DNA of 64,000 bases from Ruditapes philippinarum. Taxonomy: Eukaryota. This document shows, in pieces, positions 39,581 through 54,600 of this stretch; the first letter of the stretch is position 1, and each line of letters begins with the position of its first letter. A program made the translations under genes and the position numbers. The stretch spans positions 124,001 to 188,000 of the forward strand of contig NW_026866246.1 in assembly GCF_026571515.1 (NCBI RefSeq), given 5' to 3'. The notes beneath the pieces were generated by a model. That model was not told where the DNA came from, made no database searches, and saw nothing but the letters and a program-made list of their open reading frames with translations.

Positions 39581-39688
39581 GTTGGGACATTGTAGCTTCG
39601 TGGAAGATTTACAAAAACATTTTTGGCTAAAGAATTTCAAACACAGGTGCATTTGTGAAAAACTATACGCAGGTCATTTATTGACAAT

Positions 39689-42600
39689 ATGTTTTCTGTT
39701 TTTGCGGTATTGTCTTTCTTAGTTATAGGTGCAAATGCCTTTTATTTACCTGGTTTGGCACCTGTGACCTACTGCGAAGAGGGTGGCACAACAGATAAAG
39801 CTGAATGCAAGGTTTGATTTATACTTCTGTTCATGTAGTTGTTGTTATAATTGTAAAATGATATTTGTTTTGTGAAGACATTAATCAATGTCTGAGAAAT
39901 GTATGTAATGTTAACCTACTACCTAGCTAATCTTGTCACTATTTTGTGTTATTTTATATCATCCATGTAGATCTTAACAATTTCTGTAAGGAAATGAATA
40001 TCATAATTATATTTGCTTAACTCTTTAACGGAATATTAAAAGGAAAATAACCCTGTAGGTATATGCTTAGTTATGATGCTTAGTTGATGATATGGTAAGT
40101 TTGCAATGTTACAAATACAAAAGTTCTGGTAATAAGATTTTAGAGGCAAAGTATGTATTTTTCAAAATAATATGTATTAAAGGATTCCTGGTCAGCTCGG
40201 CCCTAAAACGTACTCGGCCCCCGAGTCAGCTCGGCCCTATACCAACTCGGCACGGGTCAACTCGGCCCACTTTTCAATTATTTATATTTAGGTTTGTGTA
40301 ATCACTATTTTTTGTAATATTTGTAATTATGTATAATACACGGACTTAATTTTCAGCTTTTGACAATTACAAACAAATTAAATGAAATTGATTAAAGACA
40401 TTAAAGGGACTCTTATTGTCACAGGCTATTATTATCAATCAGTGTGTTCGTAAGGATACCGATTAATTAGGTGATAATTAGGTGATAATTATGATTGACG
40501 CATTCATTTAAAATTGATTAGTGACCACCTGCAATTAATTAGAAGCTTAATTATGATATTAAGTAAACATGTTTTTGTTTGATATTTTTTTTAATATTAC
40601 TACGTTAAATATATTTTTTTAAAGTGGGCCGAGTTGGTATAGGGCCGAGTTGACTCTTTTCCGTATTAAAGTGACATTAAGAAGTAGTTTGAACTTACTA
40701 TGAAAATCATTTTCTTATTTTTATTTTGTTAAGTGTAAAAAAACATAGTACACTGACTCTTGTTAATTGATTGTACAGTGTTCTTAGTGACATCAAAGTA
40801 AATATACTAAAAGTACAACTTACAGTACTGGTTGCAATGGGTGCATTTTAACATGGATTAGTCAATATAATTGATTTATATAAGTGTTCAATTAATTCAT
40901 GATCTCACACATGTGAAAATATTCCAGATTTCATGGGAAATGATGACCTATAGAAGTCTGTCATATTTCCTTGAAAATATGCAATCCGGTCAACTCGTCC
41001 TCTGGTCAACTCGACACCTTTTTGGTCAACTCGTCCCCTACTTTTGGTCAACTCGTCCCTAATATGGTCAACTCGTCCCCTACTTTCGATCTCTGTCTTT
41101 AAAATGTCTTTAAATAATTCTTTTATGTAAAATATGTAAAATTAATACTGAATTTGATTGATATCGAAATATTAATAAAATAATTACGTCTTTTTACGTT
41201 AAATTTTAATGATCTTTATCTAAGCGCACGTGCATAGCTTTGATGTCAAACTACAAAGACAGGTAAGTTTACAAACATTCAATTAATGTTTAATTAATCG
41301 GAGTTTTAATGATAATTAAAACTAAAATTAGGTCCAACTCTTTGATTTTTACCGCCTCCCTGAATGGATTAAAGACTGACGACAGATTAACAGAAATTAG
41401 AAGCGCTAAAAACTTTATGTCGGTGCGTATTGATCTCATTATAGAAGGATCGTGTTAATTAAATGAAAGTGTGAAAGTGAAAGTAAATATATACATGTAT
41501 GACATAATATTGACAAAAAAGACATACTTTAAGATATTTTATCTTTGCATATAAAACATGTTTTTATACATTAAATGTTATTGCTATTGATCGTCTTCGT
41601 GTTGTTTTTTTTTCTGTATGTAATTTAATCAGAATTATGCATATATATCCTTATTATAAGATGAAACTCCAAATATTCGCATACAAAAAGCGTCAAAATA
41701 TGTCCAATTCAGTAATTTTATAATATATTATTTTAATAGTCTATAATGATTTATGAACTATATGAAAAACAAGTAGTAATAAAATATAAGGGTCGAGTTG
41801 GGGACGAGCTGACTAGAGGACGAGTTGTCCAGGGGACGAGTTGACCAAAAAGGTGACGAGTTGACCAGAGGACGAGTTGACCAGAGGACGAGTTGACTCT
41901 GAATCGAAAATATTAGTAGAAATTCATCTTCTGTTCAATGATCATACATGTCAATATTTCAGGTTGATGTTCCAGTGTATGTGAACAGATTGAACTCGTT
42001 AGAAACAGTGATACCATATGAGTATGATAAGTAAGTAACTTCTACAGGACTTTTCCATCTTTTACAGATGAAGCTAATTTTAGTCTCCCTTCTATAGTGC
42101 CGATATTGTCAAATAATTTTTTCCCCATTAGCTAGATAAATTTAAAAACAGGATAGTCAAGTGATCTGAGAAACCAAGAAATCTGGATTTTCTCCACTTG
42201 CCTATTGATGGGTTTGATAGAAAATTTTATTGGTCTGCATCTTAACTTTTACTTGCCCATATAAGAATAGAGAAAATTACTTGCCCAATTGCCATATAAG
42301 AATAGAGAAAATAAAAGCTAAAGAGATTAATGTCCTTTCATAGTCAAGTTAGTCAATATTTTTTTTTAATTCATAATAAAATCTTAAATAAATTATAAGG
42401 TTGCTACATTGTATGTAACCATTTTAATGGCAACCTGCTCAAGAATATTCATGTGCCAAAAGTAATCTAAAATAAATTACTATATGTATAATAAACTAAG
42501 ACTTTTTAGCTCACCTGTCACAAAGTGACAGGGTGAGCTTTTGTGATCGCTTTTCGTCCGGCGTTCGTCTGTCCGTTGTCCGTAAACTTTTACTTTAAAT

Positions 42601-45600
42601 GACATCTCCTCATAAACCACTAAGCCAATTTCAATCAAACTTCACAGGAATGTTCCTTTGGTGGTCACCTTTAAAAATTGTTCAAAGAATTTAATTCCAT
42701 GCAGAACTCTGGTTGCCATGGCAACCAAAAGAAAAAACTTAAAATATCTTCTTCTAAAAAACCCAAAGAGCTAGAGCTTAGATTTTTGGCATGAAACATC
42801 TTCTGGTGAGTGTCTACCAAGTTTGTTCAAATAAAAGCTCTGGGGTCAAAATTGGCCCCGCCCCAGGGGGTCATTGATTTTCCCTATATGCATATAGTAA
42901 AAACTTAAAAAATCTTCTTTTAAAGAACCAAAAGAGCTAGAGCTAAGATATTTAGCATGAAACATCTTCTAATGGATGTCTACCAAGTTTGTTTAAATAA
43001 AAGCCCTGGGGTCAAAGTTGGCCCCACCCCAGGGGGTCATTGATTTTCCATATATACATATAGTAAAAACTTAAAAAATCTTCTTTTAAAGAACCCAAAG
43101 AGCTAGAGCTAAGATATTTAGCATGAAACATCTTCTAATGGGTGTCTACCAAGTTTGTTCAAATAAAAGCCCTGGGGTCAAAATTGGCCCCGCCCCAGGG
43201 GGTCATTGATTTTCCCCATATGCATATAGTAAAAACTTAAAAATCTTCTTATAAAGAACCAAAAGAGCTAGAGCTAAGATATTTAGCATGAAACATCTTC
43301 TAATGGATGTCTACCAATTTTGTTCAAATAAGAGCCCTGGGGTCAAAATTGGCCCGGCCCTGGGGGTCATTGATTTTCCAAATTTCCTTATATGTGTATA
43401 GGAAAAACTTAAAATATCTTCTTTGGAAAAAACCAAATAGCTAGAGTTTAGATATTAAGCATGAAACATCTTCTAGTGATTGTCTACAAAGTTTGTTCAA
43501 ATAAAAGCCCTGGGGTCAAAATTGGTCCCACCCCGGAGGTCATTCATTTCCCCTATATGTGTAAAACTATAGCAAAAATTGAAAAATCTTCTTTTAAAAA
43601 TCCCAACGAGCTAGACCTTAGATGTTTAGCATGAAACATCTTCTAATGGTTGTCTACCAAGTTTGTTCAAATAAAAGCCCCGTGCTTTAAACTGGCCCCG
43701 CTCCGGGAGCCTATGTACAGGTGAGCGACTTCAGGGCCTTCATGGCCCTCTTGTTTATTTATGTTGTACTTAATTTTTCATAAAATTTTATTTGGGAGAA
43801 AGTTACTTGTACTTTATTTGATTAGATTTGTTCTTTTATGTGAACTATGTGGTTTTGTTCTTTTTTATAGATTTGATTTGTGTAGTGATGTTGAAGATGA
43901 TCATTCCCCAGTTGAGAATCTTGGCCAGGTTGTGTTTGGAGAAAGAATCCGTCCATCTCCATATAAGGTACAAAATATGTCTCACCTTTTTAGCTCAACT
44001 ATTCAAAGAATAGCTAAAACTATCGTTTTTACCTAGGAGTCATTTTAACACTGCTCCGAGGTGAACTTTTGTGATGGCAAGTTTGGCTGTAGCCTGTTGT
44101 TATCCACATTTCTTTTAACAGCATCTCCTGATGGATATTGACCAACCTGCACAGTAATGACTAAGGGGGTCCGCTACATAAATTATAGAAATGGTTTCAG
44201 TATGAGGCATAGAGAACACAGGTGCTTAAAAATGAATCTACAAAAAACTTTTAAGAAACTACAATGCAATGAGCTAAAATATTTGGCATGTAGCTTCAAT
44301 TTACTGATCCTCTACAAAAGTTGAATATAAACCATGCTCCTGGTGTTAAATCCAGTCCAGACCTAAGGGTTTGGGGGGGGCTTACATAGACACCTATAGG
44401 AAAATACTTTTGTGCAACTACAGTTGCAAGAGGTTAGTATTTGGCTCCTTGCATTGCCTATATGTAACATAGTAATATAAGTTATGTCCCTTGGGTTAAA
44501 AATAGCTCTACCCTGCGGGATACTTAGTGTAGAATTGCAGTGGATTTTCTCACTAAAATACGAAGAGGCCTTAGCCAATTGATTTTTGGAAGAATTATCA
44601 CTAAAGTTGCTAGTTTAGGAAGTAAAAAAGCTGGTGTAAGTGTAAATATATGGGAAGATTACATATTCTAAAGCTTTATATTATTTAGTAGTCCAATAGG
44701 CCTTTTATAGGCCTCTGTTATGTAATATGAAACATCACTAACTTGTATAGTAATAAATGTCTTAAATATCCTCTATGGCTATACAATGCAAAGAGATGAA
44801 AAATGTTAAAACCAAAAGTGACTCTTACTGACTTCAACATTAAAAGATGAAAATTGTGGCTTGTTGAGCGATCTACCCATCATTGCTCTCATAGTAAAGA
44901 ATATTGACATCTGATTGAGAGAACATCCACACATACATTATATTTTAATTTAATTGTCAACACTTTCTTTTGTTCACATTGTAGCTGAAGTTTAAACAGG
45001 ATGTGAAATGTGCTAAAGTCTGTCAGAAAGATTATGATCCTACGAAGAAAGAATCATTGACTAAACTGAATTTTATGAGGAAGAGTATTGAACTGAACTA
45101 CAATCAGCATTGGTAAGTTCATGATGGTTTAATGATCATGTGAACATAGAGAAATAATCTAATATTGAATCAGTTATAGTTTGCTGAGGAAAGTAGTACT
45201 GTAATATGATGAATGTATTAATAATACAAAATTGTGTAAACATTACGCACTCAATAAGCTTAGTTTTGTGAGTTTAACTCTGATGCCTGTTTGTGCCTGA
45301 AATAATGCATAAAGGGGCACCTTAGGTCTTCCTCTGCTAGTAAAGCTAGAAAGTTGCCTTATTAACAATGCATTGTGTCAAAAAATCACAGCTGGTTATT
45401 AATGTGCTATTTTATGCTTTAATCTATACACTATTTGCTCATGGAAATACAGTACAGCTCGCGCGGAATGTACATTTTTTATGCTTCCTCCGCGATCGAC
45501 GTTTAAGCAAACTCCTTAATCCACCGCGTTTTTCTGAGCGTAATCGCGGAGAAACAGCCTGGACCACAATCGCGGAGTTTTAGAGAGTGTAAAGGTATTA

Positions 45601-48600
45601 CCGCGGAGATTCTCCAAGAAAATCACGATTTATAAGTTGATATTATATTTTAAAATTATCCCTTTTCATTAAAGTAATTTTCATTTTTCATTAAAGAAAC
45701 TACATTTGTAATTATCTTAATTGTTATTTATTTTTGTTTTGAAATTTGTAGGTCCACTTGATTAATCGAGCGTAGTATTTCTTGTGAACAATCTTCTTGG
45801 ACACCGTACCGCTGAATCATGTCTACGTCATCGTATTTTGTTTTTATACTTTATTTGGCATTTTTTGTTGCTGTTTTTAGGACAAGGATACTGTAGGTGT
45901 ATGTAAGTTTTTTTATGTTTTGAAGCGCATTGGAAATGTTGGCATATGTTGGAAATAGGCCTCGGAGCTAGATATACATGTACTGTAGATATATCCGTTA
46001 TTTCAATCACCCATAAATGCAGAGATTTTTATTACAGATAGCTCTGTGGTAAATGTGTCAACATGAAAAACTATAACAACCCTATTTATATTTTGTAAAG
46101 AAATAAGATCAACAGTTTTGAAAATTTGACGTGTACATGTAATACTACACCTATATTGTTTTATATTTTACATGCATGTTTTTTAAAATACGTCGGTCTC
46201 CATGCTTTGCTCATGACTTCACATATTTAATTTGGTCAACAACACAATTATAAAGTTTCTTTTTCTTTAAGATTTAAGAGTTTATAAGACATTGGTTACC
46301 TGTTTATATACATGTAGTTCTTGACCTATACGTTTCCCAACGCGTACACGATGTCTATTTCAAATGTCCACAAATTTGTACAACAAAACTAGTACGTCCT
46401 CACTGATAATTTTATGTGTCAACAGCGAAAATTATAATGTCTTCACCTTTTACAATTCTCTATAATAATTTACAATAAAATATATCTGTTATATCTGTGT
46501 TTTATACAGTTTCTCTTCTCAATATAAATGTATACACACTGGTGAAAAAACTATACCGACTTCATTGAACGTTCTTTTTTCTCATTTAGTGTATAATGAT
46601 ATTGGTTTCAAAATACTTTTTATTCTATCAATCATTTATAATCATTAACGTTTTTTTTCCAGCAAGATGACCATGTATGGAAGATTTCAAGAGTTTCCAG
46701 AGACGATGTGCCTTATCTAAATAACTTCTTGCTTGAAGTATATAACTAATACTAATAATATTTGTTCTACAAAGGTTGACAAATAAAAGAAGTGAACAAA
46801 GAATATTATGAATGTTATACTGTGTATCATTGTTCTTTGCCTCCCCCCCCCCTTTTTTTTTAAAGCCGGCAAACATACATGTACATGGATATGACGCTTT
46901 ACAGAAGGTGGGTATGTAATCACATACGGAGACATTAAGAACTATCCAACAGTAAGTCTCCTCATAGTAGAGGAACATATTTATTCAATATTCAACATTT
47001 GCACAGATGATATATTTGGTAAGTGAACATTTTTTGAGTATGTTGTTTGACGTCAACGCCAATGACTGAGCGCCGTTTGCACATACTTATCTTTTTGCTC
47101 AGATGTGCACATGCTTGTCAAAAGTTGTTTGTTATAATTCTTTTTTTTGTAATGAGGATACATTGTGCCTTTTGAAAAGGACCATCCGACAAATCCTAAG
47201 TTTTATCATTCAGAAAGTCTGTTTTGACGTCTTCAAAGCTTACAGTACATATCTTCCGAAGATCGACGCAGCCTTAATCCGTGAAATTTCTCCACCGAAC
47301 TTCATATAATATGTAGATAATCTCAATCCAAAAGTACAAGATTAAGGAAAAGAAAAGGGAAGAGAATGTGAAGTTGAACTCTTTTAAGGAGAATACAACT
47401 CGCTTCTTTTTCTGAACTATAAAAACTGCTAAGGTCCTGAAATGAAAACAAATATAGAAATTATTATTATTACAAACACGAGTGTACAATCTATTTTCAA
47501 AGATGACTCGTTAGAAATAAAATGATGGGAAGAGACGATGGATCTAAAGATAAACATGTATATAAATGTATTGAATTTGATGATACACAAAAAACAATTA
47601 GGCCTAACATTAAAACCGTACACAGTTACTACAAGAACAACAACAACAATCACTTTTACAAAAGTTTAGATCTTCTGTTAACATGAATTGTTTGAAATAA
47701 ATTCGTTGAAAGACAACGCATAATAGGTGTCTCATAAAATTATGAACAAGTCTGCATTCATCAATTTTAAATAATATACATATGCATATGATATACATGT
47801 TTTAATATACGCTCATCTCTATTATTATGTCATAGGTATAAATATAAACACGTGTGCAATGGTCCGGAATACCGGCCAGGTAACAGATAATATCCTTGCT
47901 GAAATCGAAAGTAGATCTACAACATACATTTACAAGAAACAATTTCTTTTATCTTGATCATTTTTATGAATTTTATTTGCACCAATTAAAAGAAAAGTCA
48001 CGGAGAATCGCGGAGGACTGAAATACACCGTTTTTTAAGTAAAATACCGCCGCTTTCGGCGAATTTCTGTCTCCGCGACACCTCCGAAAATTGCGGAGTT
48101 TTATGGAGTTTCTCGGCGATTTTCCTCCCAAGTTCCGCGGAGGGAAAAGGAAAAAAGTACATTCCGCGCGAGCTGTACTGTAACTCCAGTAATATCGATC
48201 AATTATTCTCATTTACTTTTATTATAAGTTATAACAACACCAAATAATTGTGTATTGTAAAGTTCCAAGCAATTCTTTACATAAGTATGGAAAACAGGGC
48301 GAAGGCAGTGATTGATTGATCCAAGCTTGAATTACATCTCCATTTTTTTATCAGATCTATGAGAAGACATTGTTGCATTTTAATTAAGCGTGTCATTGGT
48401 AATGCCTGGTATTGACATAATGTGTCTTTAAATCCCAAATGACCAAGTTAAAGTGTATAACATATATGATTTAGTTTTTGATGAGTTCAAATATAATATG
48501 AATGAATTCCTTCAGAAATAATTACATGATATTTATGCATGAAATAATTAATAATTCATGTTCAGTACGATATAAATTACTGATAATCATATACAAAAGT

Positions 48601-51600
48601 GAGAAGTTTTTCCTTGTAAATGATATATCATACATATATTGATTTCTTACTAACATTATACAATGTATATATCTGTTTTATATGCAAGCTGGTGTAAAGA
48701 GTTATGTGAGAGCATTCGTCAAGCTAATGTATGATATTGATTTCCAGTAACTCTCAACAATTAAAATATTTACATAGGAAAAGACAACAGTGTAGGGCAT
48801 GAAGCTGAGTGTTGTATTTCAGACTAGAGTTTAAAGTTACCAATATAATACTGATACATGTTACTTTTATACCAATCTGTTGTTTTGCTGTTTGAACTAG
48901 AAACACACTGCATATAGTGATGTTTGTTTAAGTATGACATTTAAAGTCTGATTTTGTAATTTTGAAATTTTCCCTGAAATGATGAATGGTTCAATCCAGA
49001 TTGAAAGATTGTCAAGTTCATTTTAGATATAAAGGGTGGTAAGAATGAAACAAACAATACCAAGTTTCAAATTCAAGGTAAGACAAGCTTGTTGCACTAA
49101 ATCAGCAGGTTAACCAAAGAAAGAAGTCCCTTGTGATTATTTTTAAGGCCTATATGGACACAAAATTGGGTCCCATTTCCCTTAAAAGTATTTCAACTAC
49201 AGAAAATTTTCCCCACAAAATTCTTAAAAAATAATGATAAACCCCAAAAATGTTTTGGACTGATGTATTTGATAAAAGCTGTAGGTACAGGGTTATCTTG
49301 GTTTTCATTATTATGATAATGAATGGTTTGTGAAGATTTTTTCAAACTTTACTGATTACACATCACTCCCCCCCCCCCTGATGTGCCCCACCATCTTTCC
49401 CCAAAATGTGAAAAAAATCACTTTCTCATCTCATTGATTAACATTCTACTGTATTACAGGATTATTGACAACATGCCTGTGACCTGGTGTTACTTGGTTG
49501 AGGATGGCAACCAGTATTGCTCACGTGGGTTCCCACTTGGATGTCTGGTTACTAAGCAACTCAAGAAGAAAGATAGTTGTGTTATGAGTGTAAGTTATCA
49601 TAGAAATGATTTGTTGCTACTAAAAACTTAGGTTTAACCTCTTCTTTTTTTGTGCAACATATTCAATCCCCCACCCCCACTGTTTTCTGGTAATAAGCTT
49701 AATTCTGTGGAAGATACTTGACTGTATTTTGTAATATGCTGAAGTGATAAATATGAATAAGAATATTAAATTTTCATTTGGCACTATAATTTAGTTTAAT
49801 GATCTCCTTTAATACAAATTATTGCAAAATTTTATAATTATATTATATTATTATTTCTTAATACAGCCATAGTAGTTAGTTTTCTTTTTAAGTTGTATTG
49901 TAAAGTAAATTTATAATCAACATTAAAAATTGTGATAATTTATTTCTACAGGCCAGGTTCAGTGAAGCTAACACCTATTATTTCTTCAACCATGTGGATC
50001 TGACAATTGTTTATCACCCTGGAGATACGGAGGAATGGGGCCGAACAATGCCCAATGGTGGAAGAATTATATCTGCAAAGATTGAACCAAGGAGGTTGGT
50101 CTGATTTGCTTTCTTTTGAGTTTTACAAATGTTAACATGATTGTAGCTGGTATTTATATTGTTGCAGGTTTTTACCTGTTCTTAAAATGACAGAGTGAAT
50201 GCCACTTAGCAGGGCTTCCATTAATGGAAGTTTGGGAGTCATTTACTCATTGATTTAAGCTTGTGACTTCCAAAATCTAATACTTTTCCTTCTTTACCAA
50301 TGTGACTTCTCATATCAGAGACCTTGCAGCCTCTGGCTTCCAAAGTTTGAAACTTAATGGAAGCCCTAAGCATCCATCCTATGAAGCAAGAATACCTCCA
50401 TGTTTCTTTAAGTGTTTGTACCTTGACACCCAGATAATGACAAGAGAAGACTAGGGAATATTTTACTATGCTGTGTTTTTATTTTCAGTGTGGCATTTGA
50501 TGAAAAGGCAACTGGTGAAGAAATGTGTAATAATGAAAACCCATTGGGAATTAAAGGTGGCAAGTTAGAGAAGCCAACATCTGTCAGATATACATACTCT
50601 GTCAAGTGGCAGGTAATTTATACAGTACTTTCAGATATACATACTCTGTCAAGTGGCAGGTAATTCATACAGTACTTTTATAAAAAGTAGTTTTCATATT
50701 GAATATGAATAACAAAAAAATAAAGATTTTAATAGCAGTTTTAGTCGCCTTTGCTTGTCTGCTTTTTGTGTCGCCTTGAAAAAGGTGACATATAGGGGTT
50801 ACTTTTGTCGGCGGCGTCGTTGTCGGTGTCGGCGTCGGCGTCCCCTTAAGCTTGTCCGGAGCATAAGTCAGTCATTATAAGTTGGATTGACTTCAAACTT
50901 GGTATGCATGCTTCTTATAATGACCCGAAGTGCAGTGCATAAGAACCGGTACTCTGCACTTCCTATTTTTTGAGTTATTGCCCTTTGTTATTTTTCATAC
51001 TTCATTTTTGTCCGGGCCATTTCTCTTAAAGTATAAAAGCTATGGACTTGAAACTTCATAGGATGATAGATCTCATTAAAAAGAAGTGCAGTGCACAAGA
51101 AGTGGTACTCTGCATTTCTTATTTTTTGAGTTATTGCCCTTTGTTAATTTTCATACTTTATTTTTGTCCGGACCATTTTTCCTTAAGTATAAAACCTATG
51201 GACTTGAAACTTCATAGGATGATAGATCTCATTAAGAAGAAGTGCAATGCACAAGAAGTGGTACTCTGCATTTTTTATTTTTTGAGTTATTGCCCTTTGT
51301 TAATTTTCATACTTTATTTTTGTCCGGGCCATTTCTCCTTAAGTATAAAATCTATGGACATGAAACTTCATAGGATGATAGATCTCATTAAGAAGAAGTG
51401 CAGTGCACAAGAACTGGTACTCTGCATTTCTTATTTTTTGAGTTATTGCCCTTTGTTTATTTTCATACTTTATTTTTGTCCAGGGCATTTCTCAATAATT
51501 ACAAAAGCTTTAGACTTGAAACTTAATAGGATGATAGATCTTATTGAATTGAAGTGCAGTGCACAGAAACTGCTGCTCTGCATTTCTTATTTTTTGAGTT

Positions 51601-54600
51601 ATTGCCCTTTGTTGATTTTCTAATTTCATTTTTGTCCTGGCCATTTCTCCTAAACTACATTGTTCCCAAGGCGACACATCCAACTCGCGGAGTTCTAGTT
51701 ATACATACAGAATTTATTAGCCATTACAAACTATTGGTTGTATTTCATTTTCTATAATACATTTTATATTTTATCTTTAATATAAACTTCTAATGAACTT
51801 TATTGTTTGAACATCTCTGAACATTTTATTCAACAGATTTTATAGTCTAAATTTTTCTTACTGTAATTTGGTACTAGTGCTCAATTTTAGACTTTTTTGT
51901 AGCAGCTAACAGCAGCTATAAATATTAGTTGAATTGTTTAAATATGTAGACAGATCTTATTCTCTATATGATACAGAGGCAGAGTGAAAGTCTTCTTACA
52001 GGGCTTTTTTCCATAGGCTGGGGATGCAGCCCTTCCCATAATTTTGGGGGAAAGTAATATAGTATTTTGTATAACAGGAACGAAAAACATGAAATCAATT
52101 CAGAGTTAAGGGAAAATTGCATGATATTAAATATTTTTGGGGTGTGACACCCATAAACAGACGCTGCTCTCGAAGGAAAAAAGCCTGGTCTTCTCTTGTT
52201 ATTTATTAGCTCACCTGTCACAAAGTGACAGGGTGAGCTTTTGTGATCGTATTTCGTTCGGCGTCCGTCCGGCGTCCGTCTGTAAACTTTTAAATGACAT
52301 CACCTCATAAACCACTAAGCCAATTTCATCCAAACTTCACAGGAATGTTCCTTTGGTGGTCACCTTTAAAAATTGTTCAAAGAATTTAATTCCATGCAAA
52401 ACTCTGGTTGCCATGGCAACCAAAAGAAGAAACTTTAAATATCTTCTTTTAAAAAACCCAAAGAGCTAGAGCTTAGATATTTGGCATGAAACATCTTCTA
52501 GTGAGTGTCTACCAAGTTTGTTCAAATAAAAGCCCTGGGGTCAAAATTGGCCCCGCCCAGGGGGTCATTGATTTTCCCTATATGCATATAGTAAAAACTA
52601 AAAAAATCTTCTTTTAAAGAACCCATAGAGCTAGAGCTAAGATATTTAGCATGAAACATGTTCTAATGGTGTCTACAAAGTTTGTTCAAATAAAAGCCCT
52701 GGGGTCAAAATTGGCCCCGCCCCGGGGGTCATTGATTTTCCTTATATGTGTATAGCAAAAACTTAAAAAATCTTCTTTGAAAAACCCATATAGCTAGAGT
52801 TTAGATATTAAGCATGAAACATCTTCTAGTGAGTATCTACAAAGTTTGTTCAAATAAAAGCCCTGGGGTCAAAATTGGCCCCGCCCCAGGGGGTCATTGA
52901 TTTTCCCTATATGCATATAGTAAAAACTTAAAAAATCTTCTTTTAAAGAACCCAAAGAGCTAGAGCTAAGATATTTAGCATGAAACATGTTCTAATGGGT
53001 GTCTACAAAGTTTGTTCAAATAAAAGCTCTGGGGTCAAAATTGGCCCCGCCCCTGGGGTCATTGATTTTCCTTATATGTGTATAGCAAAAACTTAAAAAA
53101 TCTTCTTTGAAAAAACCCAAATAGCTAGAGTTTAGATATTAAGCATGAAACATCTTCTAGTGAGTGTCTACCAAGTTTGTTCAAATAAAAGCCCTGGGGT
53201 CAAAATTGGCCCCGCTCCAGGGGGTCATTGATTTTCCCTATATGCATATAGTAAAAACTTAAAAAATCTTCTTTTAAAGAACCCAAAGAGCTAGAGCTAA
53301 GATATTTAGCATGAAACATGTTCTAATGGGTGTCTACAAAGTTTGTTCAAATAAAAGCCCTGGGGTCAAAATTGGCCCCGCCCCGGGGGTCATTGATTTT
53401 CCTTATATGTGTATGGCAAAAACTTAAAAATCTTCTTTGAAAAAACCCAAATAGCTAGAGTTTAGATATTAAGCATGAAACATCTTCTAGTAAGTGTCTA
53501 CAAAGTTTGTTCAAATAAAAGCCCTGGGGTTAAAACTGGCCCCGCCCCAGAGGTGTCATTGTTTTTAACTATATGTGTATAGTAAAAACTTAAAAAATCT
53601 TCTTTTAAAAAACCCAATGAGCTAGAGGTTAGATATTAAGCAGGAAACATCTTTTTGTTGGTGTCTACCAAGTTTGTCCAAATAAAAGCCCTTGGGTTTA
53701 AATTGGCCCTGCCAAAGGGGGGGGGGGCGGAGATCATTGTTTTTCATTATATGTGTGTAGTAAAAACTTAACATCATGAAACATCTTCTAATGGGTGTCT
53801 TCCAAGTTTGCTCAAATAAAAGCCCTGGGGTTTAAACTGGCCCCGCTCCAGGGGCCTATATACAGGTGAGCGACCTCGGGGCCATCATGGCCCTCTTGTT
53901 ATAAAATTTCATTATATGTAATTTCAGGAGGATAGAAACACAAAATGGTCGTCAAGATGGGATTATATCCTTGAATCAATGCCACATACCAACATTCAGT
54001 GGTTCAGGTAATACTGTAATTAAAAAGCTATATGTTTACTAATTATTTGCTAGATAGAAAAAGAAAAACTTAACAATTCTATGTGTGAAAATTTGATTGA
54101 ACCATTATTGATAGTACAATGATATGTGTGGAGTATTATTAAGGTTACTTGTGCACCTTGAAACTTGACCAGAAATAAACTCATTAAAGTCAATAAATGT
54201 TAAGAGTATGATATTATAATCAACCTGCTATACCCTCATATTATTGGTCTGTTTAGCCAACTATCAATATTTGAGGTTATACATTTAGTTGTTATTTCCA
54301 TGTATTTTAATGATCATATTCATTCTAGATATTAGGTATTTTGATATGGATCAATGAACTTCATTATTACCTTTTGAGAAACATAAGAAAGATCACTATT
54401 GATTTATAAGCATAATAACAGTTACAATAGGTAACAAAAGAAGATAGGAAATTCAGTGTTGCAAAATATTGATGTAAACTAGCTCGGGTGTAAAATGAAT
54501 TGTGAAATATGATGTACATTTTGTACTGTATATAACAGACAGGTAACAGATTGTTAACTGTGGAGCAAATTGAAATCTATCCATGCAGTTTCTCATGTAT

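Noticed and set aside
51042-51623. 193-aa ORF with a 52-aa repeat
   Set aside because: Arises because the 156-bp HINE core unit is a multiple of three; it is intronic with no gene features.
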